Below, one piece after another: positions 47,174-57,026 of a stretch of DNA of 64,000 nucleotides. The stretch comes from Acidobacteriia bacterium AH_259_A11_L15 (GTDB lineage: Bacteria > Acidobacteriota > Terriglobia > Acidiferrales > 2-02-FULL-67-57): positions 284-64,283 of the forward strand of contig JALLOH010000005.1 of NCBI GenBank assembly GCA_027717655.1, written 5' to 3'. The position numbers and the translations under genes were made by a program. Each line of letters starts with the position of its first letter. Position 1 is the first letter of the stretch. Under the pieces are notes generated by a model. The model was not told the origin of the DNA and did no database searches. It saw nothing but the letters and a program-made list of their open reading frames with translations.

Positions 47174-49888
47174 ATGGGAGACCGCAGGCATTTTCGTGGC
47201 GGCGGGCGACTCCTGCTGGTCCTGGCCCTGCTGGCCGGCACGCTTCCCCTGCCCGCGCGCGCCCAGGAGGCGGGGGGCTTGGCCCAGCCGGGGAGCAAGC
47301 CCGGGGGGCGGCCGCGGCTGATCCAAATCAAGGTCGACGGCCTCAGCCCCTTCCTGCTCGAGGCCCTCATCGACCCGGAAAAGCTCGCCCGCTTGCCCGA
47401 CCCGGAGGGTTTCCGCCGCGCCATCACCCTCTTCCGCCAGCAGACCGGGCAGGAGGACTTGGTGCCGAACATCCGCCGCTACTTCTACCAGCAGGGGGTG
47501 CGGGCGGAGCGGATGCTTTCGGCCACGGTGACGCTGTCGGCTATCGCCTGGGGAGTGATCGACACCGGGCAGCCCAGCGTCGTCAAGCGCCACATGACCT
47601 TCAGCCGCCAGACCGGCTACCTGCGCTCCCACTTGGACGGCTTCCGCGACACCCTGGAGTTCGTGCTGCGCAAGGGCGGCAAGACCAACGCGCTGTGGCA
47701 GCTCGACCAGGCCGGGGTCAGCCTCTTCGCGGACGCCTTCAACCCCCTGCGCCGCTATGAAATCCCCCAAATCTACTATCGCGTCACCCCGCGCGACTAC
47801 CTGACCGGCCTGGCCACCAACTACCTCTTCGCCGGGCAAAGCCCGCGCCACCCCTTGAAGGTGCTGCAAGCCCACCTGGCGCGGCGGGCCGAGGGCATCG
47901 ATTACGTGGACTTCGGCATTGACTTTGCCACCGACCTGGTGGCGAAAAAGATTCTCGAGCCCGACTTGGTGGCAGGGGAGCGCTACGACTACTTGGGCAC
48001 GTTTTTCACCCTTGACCACCAGCAGCACGTCGACCCCAACCCGGAGAACCTAGTTCGGCGCATGGTGCAGTTGGACCGGCGCATCGGCCGCATCCTGCGG
48101 GCGGTCGAGCGCAGCCAGCGCCGCGACACCACCCTGGTGGTGCTGGTGAGCGATCACGGCTCCGAGTACCAGCCCGGGGCCATCAACCTGGCCTGGCCCA
48201 TCACCCGCGTGTTCCGCACCCGGCGCTTCGGCGGCCACACCGTCGCCACCGTGATGGCCGAGGATGCCGGCCGGGCCCTCACCAACCCCTTTCCCGGCGT
48301 CGACTTCCCCCGCGTGTACGAAAACCCCTACTCGCCCTACGGGGCGGCCGCCGAGGCCGAGGGGCATAGCAACTACGTCACCGCGGTGATCGACAACTTC
48401 GGCAACGCCCGCGCCGAACTCCACCTGCGCAACAACGACCTCAACCGGTTGCACCTGCTCTTGCAGGCGCGCCCCCGCGAATTGGACGAAGAGGGCCGCG
48501 CCCGCCTGCGGCAACTCCTTCGCGAGACCCTGGCGTCAGTCCGCGAGTGGCTGGAGCCGGAGCTGGCCGATTATCTCGCCTACTACCGGGGGGTGCGCGG
48601 CTGGCTGCCGGAGCTGGAACACCGCAGCGACCCCTACTGGCGGGACGCCGCCATCCGCCTGCGGGAGGAGAACCAGCGCGACGCCGCCCAGCTCCGCCTC
48701 TTGCAGCGCCTGGCCGAGCTTTGCCAGGCCGACCACCCCTTGCTGTGGCTGGAAGAGCACCAGCCCAAGATCCCCCAACTCATCCCCAAGAAGTACTTCG
48801 GCCCGCGCAACTCCCTCTACCAGCTCACCCACTACACCGTGGGCCTGGACGAAAATTTGAACTGGGTCGAAACCAGCCTGGACCGCCAGGGGCGCCCCCG
48901 GCCGATGAACTACCTGGAGATTCTCTCCACCTACGAAGCGCCCAACCCGCCCCTAAGCCGCGAGCCCAACCCCACCGACCTGATCGTGCGCTCGCTCGGG
49001 GTCGAACCGCTGCGGGCGGCGCTGGTGGAGCGCGGGTGGCTGGAGCCCACCGTCCGCCTGCGGCGGGTGGTGTGGGTGGTCTCGACCGCGCGGCACAACC
49101 TGCGCCGGGGCGACCAGGCGCTGGTGCTGGAAGCCACCGATGGCCGCGTGCGCTACCTCCCCCTCCGCAACCTAGAAGAGGACGCGGACGGCCGCTTCAC
49201 TTTCCAGGCGCACAATGAGCTCGACCCCCTCGGCCTCTTCTACGACCCCAAGTTCAACTCCCCCACCGGCGAGCCCGCTTTCCTCTGGCTGGAGCGGTTC
49301 CACACCCGCCAGGAGTGGCTCCAGGCCGCCTACGACACCCGCTACACCATCGCCCCGCTGGTGTTCTTCGACATCGCCGGCGTGCATACCGACCGCTTCC
49401 TGAACAACCCGGGATTCCTGCGCGCGCTGGCCGGGTTCCCCTCCGAGGAGGCCAAGCAGAGTTACCTGCGCGGCTTGCACTGGAAGTACGGGGCCCAGCA
49501 GCCTGACCTGCTGCTGTGGTCGAACTACCTCTGGAACTACTCTTCGAAGAGCCACACTTCCGGGGGCAGCCACGGCGGGCTTTCGCCGCTGGTGGCCCGC
49601 ACGGTGTTTCTGCTCTGGGGCGGGCGCGCCTTCGAGCTGCCCGGCGGCAGCGTGATGGCCGAGGCGGCCACCACCATGGATATCGTCCCCACCGTCGCCC
49701 ACCTGCTGGGCATGCTCGACCCCGAAGGGCAAGTCATCCGGCAGGCCGGCGCCGTCCGCGAGCGCCCCTTCCTGCCCCTCCCCGGCCGGGTGCTGCTACC
49801 GGCGGAGCCGCTGGAATGGGCCGGCCCCCGCGGGCGCCACTGGCCCCCGGGGCGGCCCTCGCCCCCGCTGGCCAACCCCACCGATTGA
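47174..49888 (+). CDS. Large secreted alkaline-phosphatase-superfamily protein (nucleotide pyrophosphatase/phosphodiesterase-like)
   Basis: Start at MGDRRHF with a signal peptide. IKVDGLSP (metal Asp), VLVSDHGSEY, GGSHGGLSP are motifs of the NPP/PglZ-type AP superfamily. 904 aa. Confidence 0.65.
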   Translation: MGDRRHFRGGGRLLLVLALLAGTLPLPARAQEAGGLAQPGSKPGGRPRLIQIKVDGLSPFLLEALIDPEKLARLPDPEGFRRAITLFRQQTGQEDLVPNIRRYFYQQGVRAERMLSATVTLSAIAWGVIDTGQPSVVKRHMTFSRQTGYLRSHLDGFRDTLEFVLRKGGKTNALWQLDQAGVSLFADAFNPLRRYEIPQIYYRVTPRDYLTGLATNYLFAGQSPRHPLKVLQAHLARRAEGIDYVDFGIDFATDLVAKKILEPDLVAGERYDYLGTFFTLDHQQHVDPNPENLVRRMVQLDRRIGRILRAVERSQRRDTTLVVLVSDHGSEYQPGAINLAWPITRVFRTRRFGGHTVATVMAEDAGRALTNPFPGVDFPRVYENPYSPYGAAAEAEGHSNYVTAVIDNFGNARAELHLRNNDLNRLHLLLQARPRELDEEGRARLRQLLRETLASVREWLEPELADYLAYYRGVRGWLPELEHRSDPYWRDAAIRLREENQRDAAQLRLLQRLAELCQADHPLLWLEEHQPKIPQLIPKKYFGPRNSLYQLTHYTVGLDENLNWVETSLDRQGRPRPMNYLEILSTYEAPNPPLSREPNPTDLIVRSLGVEPLRAALVERGWLEPTVRLRRVVWVVSTARHNLRRGDQALVLEATDGRVRYLPLRNLEEDADGRFTFQAHNELDPLGLFYDPKFNSPTGEPAFLWLERFHTRQEWLQAAYDTRYTIAPLVFFDIAGVHTDRFLNNPGFLRALAGFPSEEAKQSYLRGLHWKYGAQQPDLLLWSNYLWNYSSKSHTSGGSHGGLSPLVARTVFLLWGGRAFELPGGSVMAEAATTMDIVPTVAHLLGMLDPEGQVIRQAGAVRERPFLPLPGRVLLPAEPLEWAGPRGRHWPPGRPSPPLANPTD

Positions 49889-50051
49889 GGCCCGCTTTCC
49901 GTTTGCCGGCCCGGAAAACTGGGGTAGGCTGGTGCCGTTCCAACTTTGAGAGCAGTGGTAGTTTTCCGGAGGGCTCGCGGTTTCGCGCAACTTGAACGGT
50001 ACGAGCGCGTGTGCGCGCCCGCGGAAGACAACCCGCTGGTCCCCGCTCCCT

Positions 50052-51026
50052 ATGCGAAAGCTCGAGTGGATATTCCTGGTGCTCGGCCTGGCTCTCTTCA
50101 TCGTCCTGCTCGACCGGGTGGGCTGGGAGGAGATTCTTCGCCGCCTGCTGACTCTCGGCTGGGCCTTCCTCTTGGTCCTGGGCGTCTCCGGCTGCCGCTA
50201 CCTCTGCCGGGCCGCCGCCTGGCGATGCGCGTTCGCCGGCCGCCAGGACACGCCCTCTTTCCGCGACATGTTCCAAATGCGCTTGGCGGGGGAGGCCATC
50301 GCCTACCTGACCGTGGCCGGCCCCCTATTGGGGGAGCCCGCCAAGGCTACCCTGCTCCGCCGACGAATGCCGATGCTGGTCGGCCTGGGGGTCACCCTGA
50401 TCGAAGCCGGCATCTACGGCCTCACCTCCATCTTGGTGATTCTCGTCGGCCTGGTCCTCGGCCTGCTCCGGGTGACGATGGACGAGAAGATGCAGCGTGC
50501 CGGCTGGGTCGGGGCGCTGCTGCTGGCGCTGTTCCTGCTGGCGGTCGCCTGGCTGCTGCGGCGGCGGGTACGCTTCCTCTCGGCCGCGGTGAACTGGCTG
50601 GCTCGCGGGCGCATGGGCCGCTGGCTGGCCCCTCACCGTCCCCGACTGACCGAGCTGGAAGACCACCTGCTGCGCTTCTACGGCGAGCACGCCCGCGACT
50701 TCCGCGCCCTCTTCCTCTGGAACTGCCTAGCGCAGGCCTTCGCCATGTTCGAAATCTATATCATCCTCGGGGCGCTGGGGCTGCGGGCCACCTGGGAAGA
50801 CCTGCTCATCCTGGAAGGAATGAGCAAGGTGTTTAAGACGCTCTTCTTCTTCATTCCCGCCCGCGTCGGCACCGACGAAGCCGGCATGGCCGCGGTCTTC
50901 CAGGTACTGGGCCTGGGCTTCAGCCAGGGCGTCAGCCTGGCCCTGGTCCGCCGCCTGCGGGCGCTGGTCTGGTCAGGCGCCGGCCTGGTCTTTCTCTCCC
51001 GGTACGCCCTGCGGAGAAACCAGTAG
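50052..51026 (+). CDS. LPG_synthase_TM / UPF0104 flippase-like membrane protein
   Basis: About 8 TM segments. MRKLEWIFLVLGLALFIVLL... and a C-terminal ...ARVGTDEAG...ALVRRL typical of the lysyl-PG-synthase TM (flippase-like) family. Confidence 0.6.
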   Translation: MRKLEWIFLVLGLALFIVLLDRVGWEEILRRLLTLGWAFLLVLGVSGCRYLCRAAAWRCAFAGRQDTPSFRDMFQMRLAGEAIAYLTVAGPLLGEPAKATLLRRRMPMLVGLGVTLIEAGIYGLTSILVILVGLVLGLLRVTMDEKMQRAGWVGALLLALFLLAVAWLLRRRVRFLSAAVNWLARGRMGRWLAPHRPRLTELEDHLLRFYGEHARDFRALFLWNCLAQAFAMFEIYIILGALGLRATWEDLLILEGMSKVFKTLFFFIPARVGTDEAGMAAVFQVLGLGFSQGVSLALVRRLRALVWSGAGLVFLSRYALRRNQ

Positions 51027-51132
51027 CTTGGGATTGCTCTCTCACAGGCGCTGTGAGAAACTCGCAGCTACGGCAAGCAGTTGTCCGACAGGTCGGCTGG
51101 TCGCCGGGCAATCCGCTTGAGGGTCAGTTCCT

Positions 51133-52956
51133 ATGTGTGGCATCTGCGGCTTCGCGGGCCTCCGGGATCAAGCGCTGCTCGAGCGTATGACCGCCATCCT
51201 GGCCCACCGCGGGCCCGACAGCGTGGGCTTCTTCTCCTCGCCGCAAGCCAGCCTGGGCTTCCGCCGCCTCAGCCTCATCGACCTCACAACCGGCGACCAG
51301 CCCTTGGCCAATGAGGACGGCTCCGTCCGCCTGGTCCTGAACGGCGAGATCTATAACTACCGCGAACTCCGCGCCGAGCTAGCGCGCCGCCACCGCTTTG
51401 CCACTCACAGCGACGCCGAGGTGGTGGTCCACCTCTATGAGGAAGCGGGCGAAGCCCTGCTGGAACGGCTCCAGGGGATGTTCGCCTTCGCCCTCTGGGA
51501 TGCCAGCCGGAACCGCCTGCTGCTGGCCCGCGACCGCCTGGGCATCAAGCCCCTCTACTACGCCCCCCACCAAGGCGCCCTCTACTTTGCCTCGGAGGCC
51601 AAAGCCATCCTGGCCAATCCCGAGCTCCCTCGCCGCCTCAACCCCCGGGCGGTCACCCGGCTGCTCACCTACCTCTATCTCCCCGGCCCCGAAACGCTGG
51701 TCGAAGGGGTCCACCGTCTCCCGCCCGGCTGCTGGCTGAGCTGGCAGGATGGTCAGACCTGCCTGGGGCGCTACTGGAGCCTCCGGGCCCACGCTCCCCG
51801 GCGCATCTCGGAGGAAGAAGCCATCGCCGAGTTCCGCCGCCTCTTTGAAGACGCGGTGGCCAGCCACCTGGTCAGCGATGTTCCCGTGGGGGCCCTTCTC
51901 TCCGGAGGGCTGGATTCGGCCGGCGTGGTGGCCCTGATGGCCCGGCTGCTCGACCATCCCCCCAAGACCTTCACCGTGGGCTTCGCCGGCACCGCCGACG
52001 AGCGCCCTCTGGCTCGTTCCTTGGCCGAGGAGCTGGGCACCGAACACCATGAGTTCGAGCTCCAGCCGGACCACTTCCTGCGCGACCTCCCCCGCATGGT
52101 CTGGCATTTGGAGGAACCCACCCCGATTTCCTTCCTTCCCCTCTTCTACTTGTCCGAGTTCGCCCGGCACCAGGTCAAGGCCGTGCTGCTGGGCGAAGGA
52201 GCCGACGAGCTCTTTGCTGGCTACCGCCGCCTGTTGCCCTTTTCCCCTACGCTGCGCTTCCTCCCCTCCGGGCTCCAGCGGCGTCTCTATTTGATGAGCC
52301 TCCACTCGTTGGGCGACCGCCACCGGATGAGCGCCAACGGCCAGGCCAGCGACTCCGGGGACCCGCTACATTCGGTTTTCCAGCAGGGCGGCCGCACCGG
52401 CCTGGGCGCTATCCTCAACTTCGAGCAGTCCTACCCGCTGCCGGACTACCAACTCCACCGGGTCGACCGCATGACCATGGCCTGGGGGCTGGAAGCCCGC
52501 GTCCCCTACCTGGACCATCGCCTGGTCGAGTTCGTGAACTCGCTGCCCGACGCCCTCAAGCTCCGCAGCTTCCGGCCAAAGCACCTGCTGCGGCAGGCCC
52601 TGAAAGGTCTGGTGCCCGACGACATCCTGGAGGGGCGGAAACGCGGATTCGGCGCCCCCTTCCGCCTCTGGTACTCGGCCGACTTCCTGGACGCGGCCCG
52701 CACTTACGTGAACGAAGATTCCATGCGCCAGCGGGGATGGATTCGCCCCGGCTTCCTCCGCGAGCTCTACCGCCCCCATACCTGGGGCTGGTTGCAGGGT
52801 CGCCGTGGAAGCCAGCTCTTCTTGCTCCTGGCCCTGGAGCTCTACTGCCGCCTCTTCCTCGACCCGGCAGCCCCCGAATTCCCTACCCTGCCCCCGGGCG
52901 TTCCCGAGTCTCCGGCGCTGGTCGAGCCCCGCCTCCCGGTCAGTTCCCTCGCCTGA
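51133..52956 (+). CDS. Asparagine synthetase B-type glutamine amidotransferase
   Basis: MCGICGF (Ntn Cys2), LNGEIYNY, LSGGLDS (PP-loop). Confidence 0.85.
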   Translation: MCGICGFAGLRDQALLERMTAILAHRGPDSVGFFSSPQASLGFRRLSLIDLTTGDQPLANEDGSVRLVLNGEIYNYRELRAELARRHRFATHSDAEVVVHLYEEAGEALLERLQGMFAFALWDASRNRLLLARDRLGIKPLYYAPHQGALYFASEAKAILANPELPRRLNPRAVTRLLTYLYLPGPETLVEGVHRLPPGCWLSWQDGQTCLGRYWSLRAHAPRRISEEEAIAEFRRLFEDAVASHLVSDVPVGALLSGGLDSAGVVALMARLLDHPPKTFTVGFAGTADERPLARSLAEELGTEHHEFELQPDHFLRDLPRMVWHLEEPTPISFLPLFYLSEFARHQVKAVLLGEGADELFAGYRRLLPFSPTLRFLPSGLQRRLYLMSLHSLGDRHRMSANGQASDSGDPLHSVFQQGGRTGLGAILNFEQSYPLPDYQLHRVDRMTMAWGLEARVPYLDHRLVEFVNSLPDALKLRSFRPKHLLRQALKGLVPDDILEGRKRGFGAPFRLWYSADFLDAARTYVNEDSMRQRGWIRPGFLRELYRPHTWGWLQGRRGSQLFLLLALELYCRLFLDPAAPEFPTLPPGVPESPALVEPRLPVSSLA

Positions 52957-52991
52957 AAGCAGCTTCCTGCTCGCCCCGCGGCCTGACGGTG

Positions 52992-52997
52992 TATAAT
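52992..52997 (+). promoter_or_regulatory. TATAAT box 12 nt upstream of the TagF-like gene start
   Basis: ggtgTATAATcttcgtctagagATG. Possible internal promoter with a very short leader. Confidence 0.25.
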
Positions 52998-53009
52998 CTT
53001 CGTCTAGAG

Positions 53010-54095
53010 ATGCCGGCCAACGGAGACAAGCGAATCATCTTCCACGCGGCCCTGCCGCACCACTTCGTCTTCTTCCAGTCCGTCTACGACCGCCTGGCCG
53101 CCGACGCGCGCCTGCACTGGTTCTGGTCGTCAAACTTCCTCGGCTGGCAGTTGAAGAAGCACCTCTTCGATCTCTTTCCCGTCCAGGGAAAAAAGATCAG
53201 CTCCCTGGCCGCCCCGGTGCGCCGCTACGACCTGCTGCTCTCGCCCGTCTACCTGAAGTTCGACGTGGCCCCGCGCGCCCGCCAGCGCGTGCAGATCTTC
53301 CACGGCGTGGCCATCACCAACTGCTTCCTCAAACCGCAAATCCACGACTACACCCGCTTCTTCATGATCGGCCCCTATATGGTGAAGCGGTTCGTGCAGA
53401 AGGGCCTGCTGCGCCAGGACGACCCCCGCATTGAGATGATCGGCATGCCCAAGCTCGACCCGCTGATGAACGGCCGGATTGATACCGAGAAAATCAAGCG
53501 GGAGCTGGAGCTTGACCCCTCCCTCCCCATCGTCCTCTACGCCCCCAGCGGCTCCTACTCGTCCATCGAGGGCGAAGGCCTGGAGGTCATCGAGCGCCTG
53601 CGCGCGATGCCCATCAACCTCCTGGTCAAGCTCCACGACAAGAGCCGCGACTTCCGGCGCACCCCCGACTGGCTGCGCAAGGTGAAGAACCTCGAGGGGG
53701 GGCGGCGGCGCGTCCACCTCATCGAGGGCTTCGACATCGTGCCCTACCTGGCCCTCGCCGATGTTCTCATTTCCGATTTCAGCTCCGCCGCCAACGAGTT
53801 CCTGCTGCGCGACCGCCCCATCCTTTTCCTGGATACCCCTGAAAAATATGAGATCAACAAGGAGCGCTGGGACACCGAGGTCTGGGGCCAGCGGATCGGC
53901 GTCACGGTGAAAACGGCTGACGAACTGGTGCGCGCCCTGGAAGACGCCCTGGCCGACCCCGGCCAGCTCAGCGACCTCCGCCGGCAGGCCGCCGCCGACA
54001 TCTTCTACCGGCCCGGCACCGCCACCGACCGGGCCGTGGCCAAGATTTATGAGCTGCTGGAGCTGGCGCCCGCGACCTCCGCCGCCGCCGACTGA
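53010..54095 (+). CDS. CDP-glycerol glycerophosphotransferase (TagB/TagF) family protein
   Basis: 361 aa. IFHG..., VLYAPS, LVKLHD, ADVLISDFSSAANEFLLRDRPILF follows the TagF-family C-terminal motif order. Confidence 0.65.
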   Translation: MPANGDKRIIFHAALPHHFVFFQSVYDRLAADARLHWFWSSNFLGWQLKKHLFDLFPVQGKKISSLAAPVRRYDLLLSPVYLKFDVAPRARQRVQIFHGVAITNCFLKPQIHDYTRFFMIGPYMVKRFVQKGLLRQDDPRIEMIGMPKLDPLMNGRIDTEKIKRELELDPSLPIVLYAPSGSYSSIEGEGLEVIERLRAMPINLLVKLHDKSRDFRRTPDWLRKVKNLEGGRRRVHLIEGFDIVPYLALADVLISDFSSAANEFLLRDRPILFLDTPEKYEINKERWDTEVWGQRIGVTVKTADELVRALEDALADPGQLSDLRRQAAADIFYRPGTATDRAVAKIYELLELAPATSAAAD

Positions 54096-54120
54096 ATCCT
54101 TGGACGCATGAAAATCATCT

Positions 54121-55509
54121 TTGACTGAAGGGATTCCTCCGTTGCCCGTAAGCAAAGGCATACTGCTGAACCTGAAAGACGCGGCCGCGCCGCGGGCGCC
54201 GCGGCTGGCCGGCCTCCCGCTGTTGCTGCGCGCCGTGCTCACCGCCCAGCGCGCGGGCCTTGAGGAGCTGTTCATCGTCGGCGGCCACCACCCCGGGGGC
54301 TTGCTCACCCGCGACCCCCGGGGCAAGCTCCAGTGGCACTGGTTCCCGGTGGAGGAAGAGCCCGACGAGCTGGCCGCCTTGCGCGCCGTCGGCCACCGCT
54401 TGAACGAGCCTTTCGTCTTGCTGTTCGCCGACTCCATCATCGGCCCCGGGGCCCTCGAGGCCCTCCTGCACGCCGAACTCAACGCCAAGCTCGCCCGCAT
54501 CGCCATCCACGCCGGCACCGCCGAGCAACTGGACGGAGCCAGCCCCGCCAGCGGCGGGGTCAGCCTCTACCTCTGCAGCGCGCAGCTATTGAAGCTGGCG
54601 GAAGAAGCGCCGAAAGAATTGAAGCGGGTGGATGAATTCATCCAATGGCTGGAGGGAGGAAAAGCAGATCCCTCGCTGACGCCCGGGATGACAACGGGAG
54701 GCACGGCGCGGGTGGACAGGGTGGAAGTCGAAGGCAAGCTCTGGCCGCGCACCTCCGACAAGCAGGCGCTGCGGCGGATCGAGCGCGAGTTCGCCCACTT
54801 CAACCTCAAGCCCTCCGACGGCATCTTCGCCCGGTTCAATAAGCTGGTGGTGGCCGAATCGCTCATCCGCCTGGCAGTGCGCACCCCGGCCACGCCCAAC
54901 TTCATCACCGCTCTGGGGTTGTTGTTCGCGCTCTTCTCCGGCTGGGCCTTCGCCGAGGGCAGCTACGCTTGGAGCCTCGCCGGCGCCTTCCTGGCCTACG
55001 TTTCCGCCATCATGGACCACATCGACGGCATGGTGGCCCGGCTGAAGTTCCTGGAGTCGGAGTTCGGGGTGTGGTTCGAGTCGGCGGTCGACTACTTGAG
55101 CTACTTCTGCATCTTCGTGGGCATGGCCATCGGGCTCTACCGGGAGACCGGCTTCGCCCCTCATCTGGTGGTGGGGGGCCTGTTTTTGTTCGGGTGGGTG
55201 CTGAGCTTCGTCCTCCAGAGCCGCCAGCGTATGCTCATCAGCGGCGACAACCCCACCGACTATCCCAACCGCATCCACACCGCTCTAGAGAAGCACAACC
55301 AGAACCTCTTGCACTGGTTCACCCGCCGGGTCTACTTCCTGGTTCGCCGCGCCGTGCTCCCCTACTTCATTCTATTGTTCTGCCTGCTCGACCTGCGCGT
55401 GCTCCTGCTCGGCTTTGTGACCCTGGGCGCCAACATGGTCTGGTTGATGATCTTCTACAACAACCGCCTCTTCCGCCAGCGCGAGCACCGCCCCGCCGAA
55501 GCCGACTAG
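54121..55509 (+). CDS. Fusion: degenerate nucleotidyltransferase-like N-domain plus CDP-alcohol phosphatidyltransferase membrane domain (IPCT/DIPPS-like architecture)
   Basis: The C-terminal half has MDHIDGMVARLKFLESEFGVWFESAVD (D-x2-DG-x2-AR-x8-G-x3-E-x3-D) and about 6 TM segments. The N-terminal roughly 200 aa is NTP_transferase-like (LFADSII...) but lacks the GxGxR loop (GILLNLKD). Confidence 0.65.
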   Translation: MTEGIPPLPVSKGILLNLKDAAAPRAPRLAGLPLLLRAVLTAQRAGLEELFIVGGHHPGGLLTRDPRGKLQWHWFPVEEEPDELAALRAVGHRLNEPFVLLFADSIIGPGALEALLHAELNAKLARIAIHAGTAEQLDGASPASGGVSLYLCSAQLLKLAEEAPKELKRVDEFIQWLEGGKADPSLTPGMTTGGTARVDRVEVEGKLWPRTSDKQALRRIEREFAHFNLKPSDGIFARFNKLVVAESLIRLAVRTPATPNFITALGLLFALFSGWAFAEGSYAWSLAGAFLAYVSAIMDHIDGMVARLKFLESEFGVWFESAVDYLSYFCIFVGMAIGLYRETGFAPHLVVGGLFLFGWVLSFVLQSRQRMLISGDNPTDYPNRIHTALEKHNQNLLHWFTRRVYFLVRRAVLPYFILLFCLLDLRVLLLGFVTLGANMVWLMIFYNNRLFRQREHRPAEAD

Positions 55510-55625
55510 TGTCGCAAGTCGTTAGGTTGCGTTCTCTGGGTTAGTTTGGTAAGAATTGCGCTAAGTTTTCGGGAGCTTGAGGCTCAAAATTGCCAGACCC
55601 GTCAGAGGTCAAAGGAGGTGGCCAA

Positions 55626-57023
55626 TTGGCCAAACCTCGATTCGAATTTCGTTGGCAGAACTTCCGTAGCTTTTACGACACCGGCTGGATTGGCGTAAAG
55701 CCAATAACTGTCTTGCTAGGGGCTAATAATACAGGTAAGACCAGTCTCATGCTTCCGCTTCTAGTCCTTAGACAAACATTAGACTCTGCAGACCCGAACG
55801 TAGCACTCAAGACTACGGGTCCTATGGTGTCAATCGGCACATATCGCGACATGGTTTACCGCCACCGGGTGAATGAGCCGGTTTCATTTCATTTGCGGTT
55901 TGCCTATCCGCGCAAAGAACAAGACAAGGGAAAGAAGAGGCTGAAAAGAGTGGGTCCATATCCACCGGGCATACTGACACTGCAATTCGTTGCTGGTGAG
56001 ACAGAAAGCGAAGTCAAGTTGGGGCGGTATCAAATTCGTGACGTTTACAACAGGCCCTATGTAACCCGTAAACTTCGCCCTAACAACAAATATTCGCTGG
56101 AATTCCCTCAACAACTTCCTCAAAGGTTTCTTGAATCTGTAAACAGAGGTAAACCTGAACATTTTTTCTTCTCTGCTTCAAGCGTTATTAACGAATTCCT
56201 CAGGAAACAAATCGGGAAAACGGGGATCAAAGAACGGAAGAAGAAGCGCGGCGTGATATTGCAAAAACTAAACATTGCGGGACCAATTACACACTATTGG
56301 ATGGTTTCCGCTTCTGCGGAAGGCGATGTATCGCGCCTAATTTCGCATTTGAGCTACGTTGGCCCCTTGCGGGAACGGCCTAAGCGTTCATACGAGAGCT
56401 CTGAAGAAACTCCAGAGTCGGTGGGGGTGCGTGGAGAAAATGCTCCACTAATTCTTTTCCACAGAAAAGAATCGGATTTTCAAAAACGAATTAGAGATTG
56501 GTTACGAGAATTTGAACTAGCTGACAAAGTCGAATGTAATGAGCTGGGTCGCGGCATCTTCACCGTAGAAATACTAGGCAGAAAAAAAGGGTGGCGAGTC
56601 GATTTCGTAGATACTGGCTTCGGCCTTTCACAACTCTTACCACTTATCGTTGAAGGATTCCATTCCAAGGCAGGAGACATGATATTCGTTGAACAACCGG
56701 AAATCCATCTAAATCCAAGGCTACAATGCAAGCTCGCCAATTTATTTGCGACGCTCGCGAGGGAAGAGCGGTCGATAATCGTGGAAACACACAGTGAGCA
56801 TTTCATTTTGAGATTGCGAAGCCTTATCGCGGAAAAGAAGATTCGAGCCGACGACGTAGCTTTGTATTTTGTTGAGAAGAGGAGGGGAGAGTCTTCTGTT
56901 CGCGCCATACGAATACAAGAGGACGGCCATATTGAGCCAGATGAGTGGCCCCAAGGGTTCTTTGAAGATTCTATCGGTGAGGCACTTCGGCTTGCGAGGG
57001 CGCTCGATCAATCTGCAAGTTAG
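55626..57023 (+). CDS. ABC/AAA_21-type ATPase (DUF3696-like C-terminus), low-GC island
   Basis: Walker A LLGANNTGKTS, signature-like GFGLSQLLP, Walker B DMIFVEQPEIHLNP, H-loop ETHSEH, C-terminal DEWPQGFFEDS. TTG at 55626 is preceded by AAAGGAGGTG (the ORF also opens at a TTG at 55590). Confidence 0.8.
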   Translation: MAKPRFEFRWQNFRSFYDTGWIGVKPITVLLGANNTGKTSLMLPLLVLRQTLDSADPNVALKTTGPMVSIGTYRDMVYRHRVNEPVSFHLRFAYPRKEQDKGKKRLKRVGPYPPGILTLQFVAGETESEVKLGRYQIRDVYNRPYVTRKLRPNNKYSLEFPQQLPQRFLESVNRGKPEHFFFSASSVINEFLRKQIGKTGIKERKKKRGVILQKLNIAGPITHYWMVSASAEGDVSRLISHLSYVGPLRERPKRSYESSEETPESVGVRGENAPLILFHRKESDFQKRIRDWLREFELADKVECNELGRGIFTVEILGRKKGWRVDFVDTGFGLSQLLPLIVEGFHSKAGDMIFVEQPEIHLNPRLQCKLANLFATLAREERSIIVETHSEHFILRLRSLIAEKKIRADDVALYFVEKRRGESSVRAIRIQEDGHIEPDEWPQGFFEDSIGEALRLARALDQSAS

Positions 57024-57026
57024 GTC

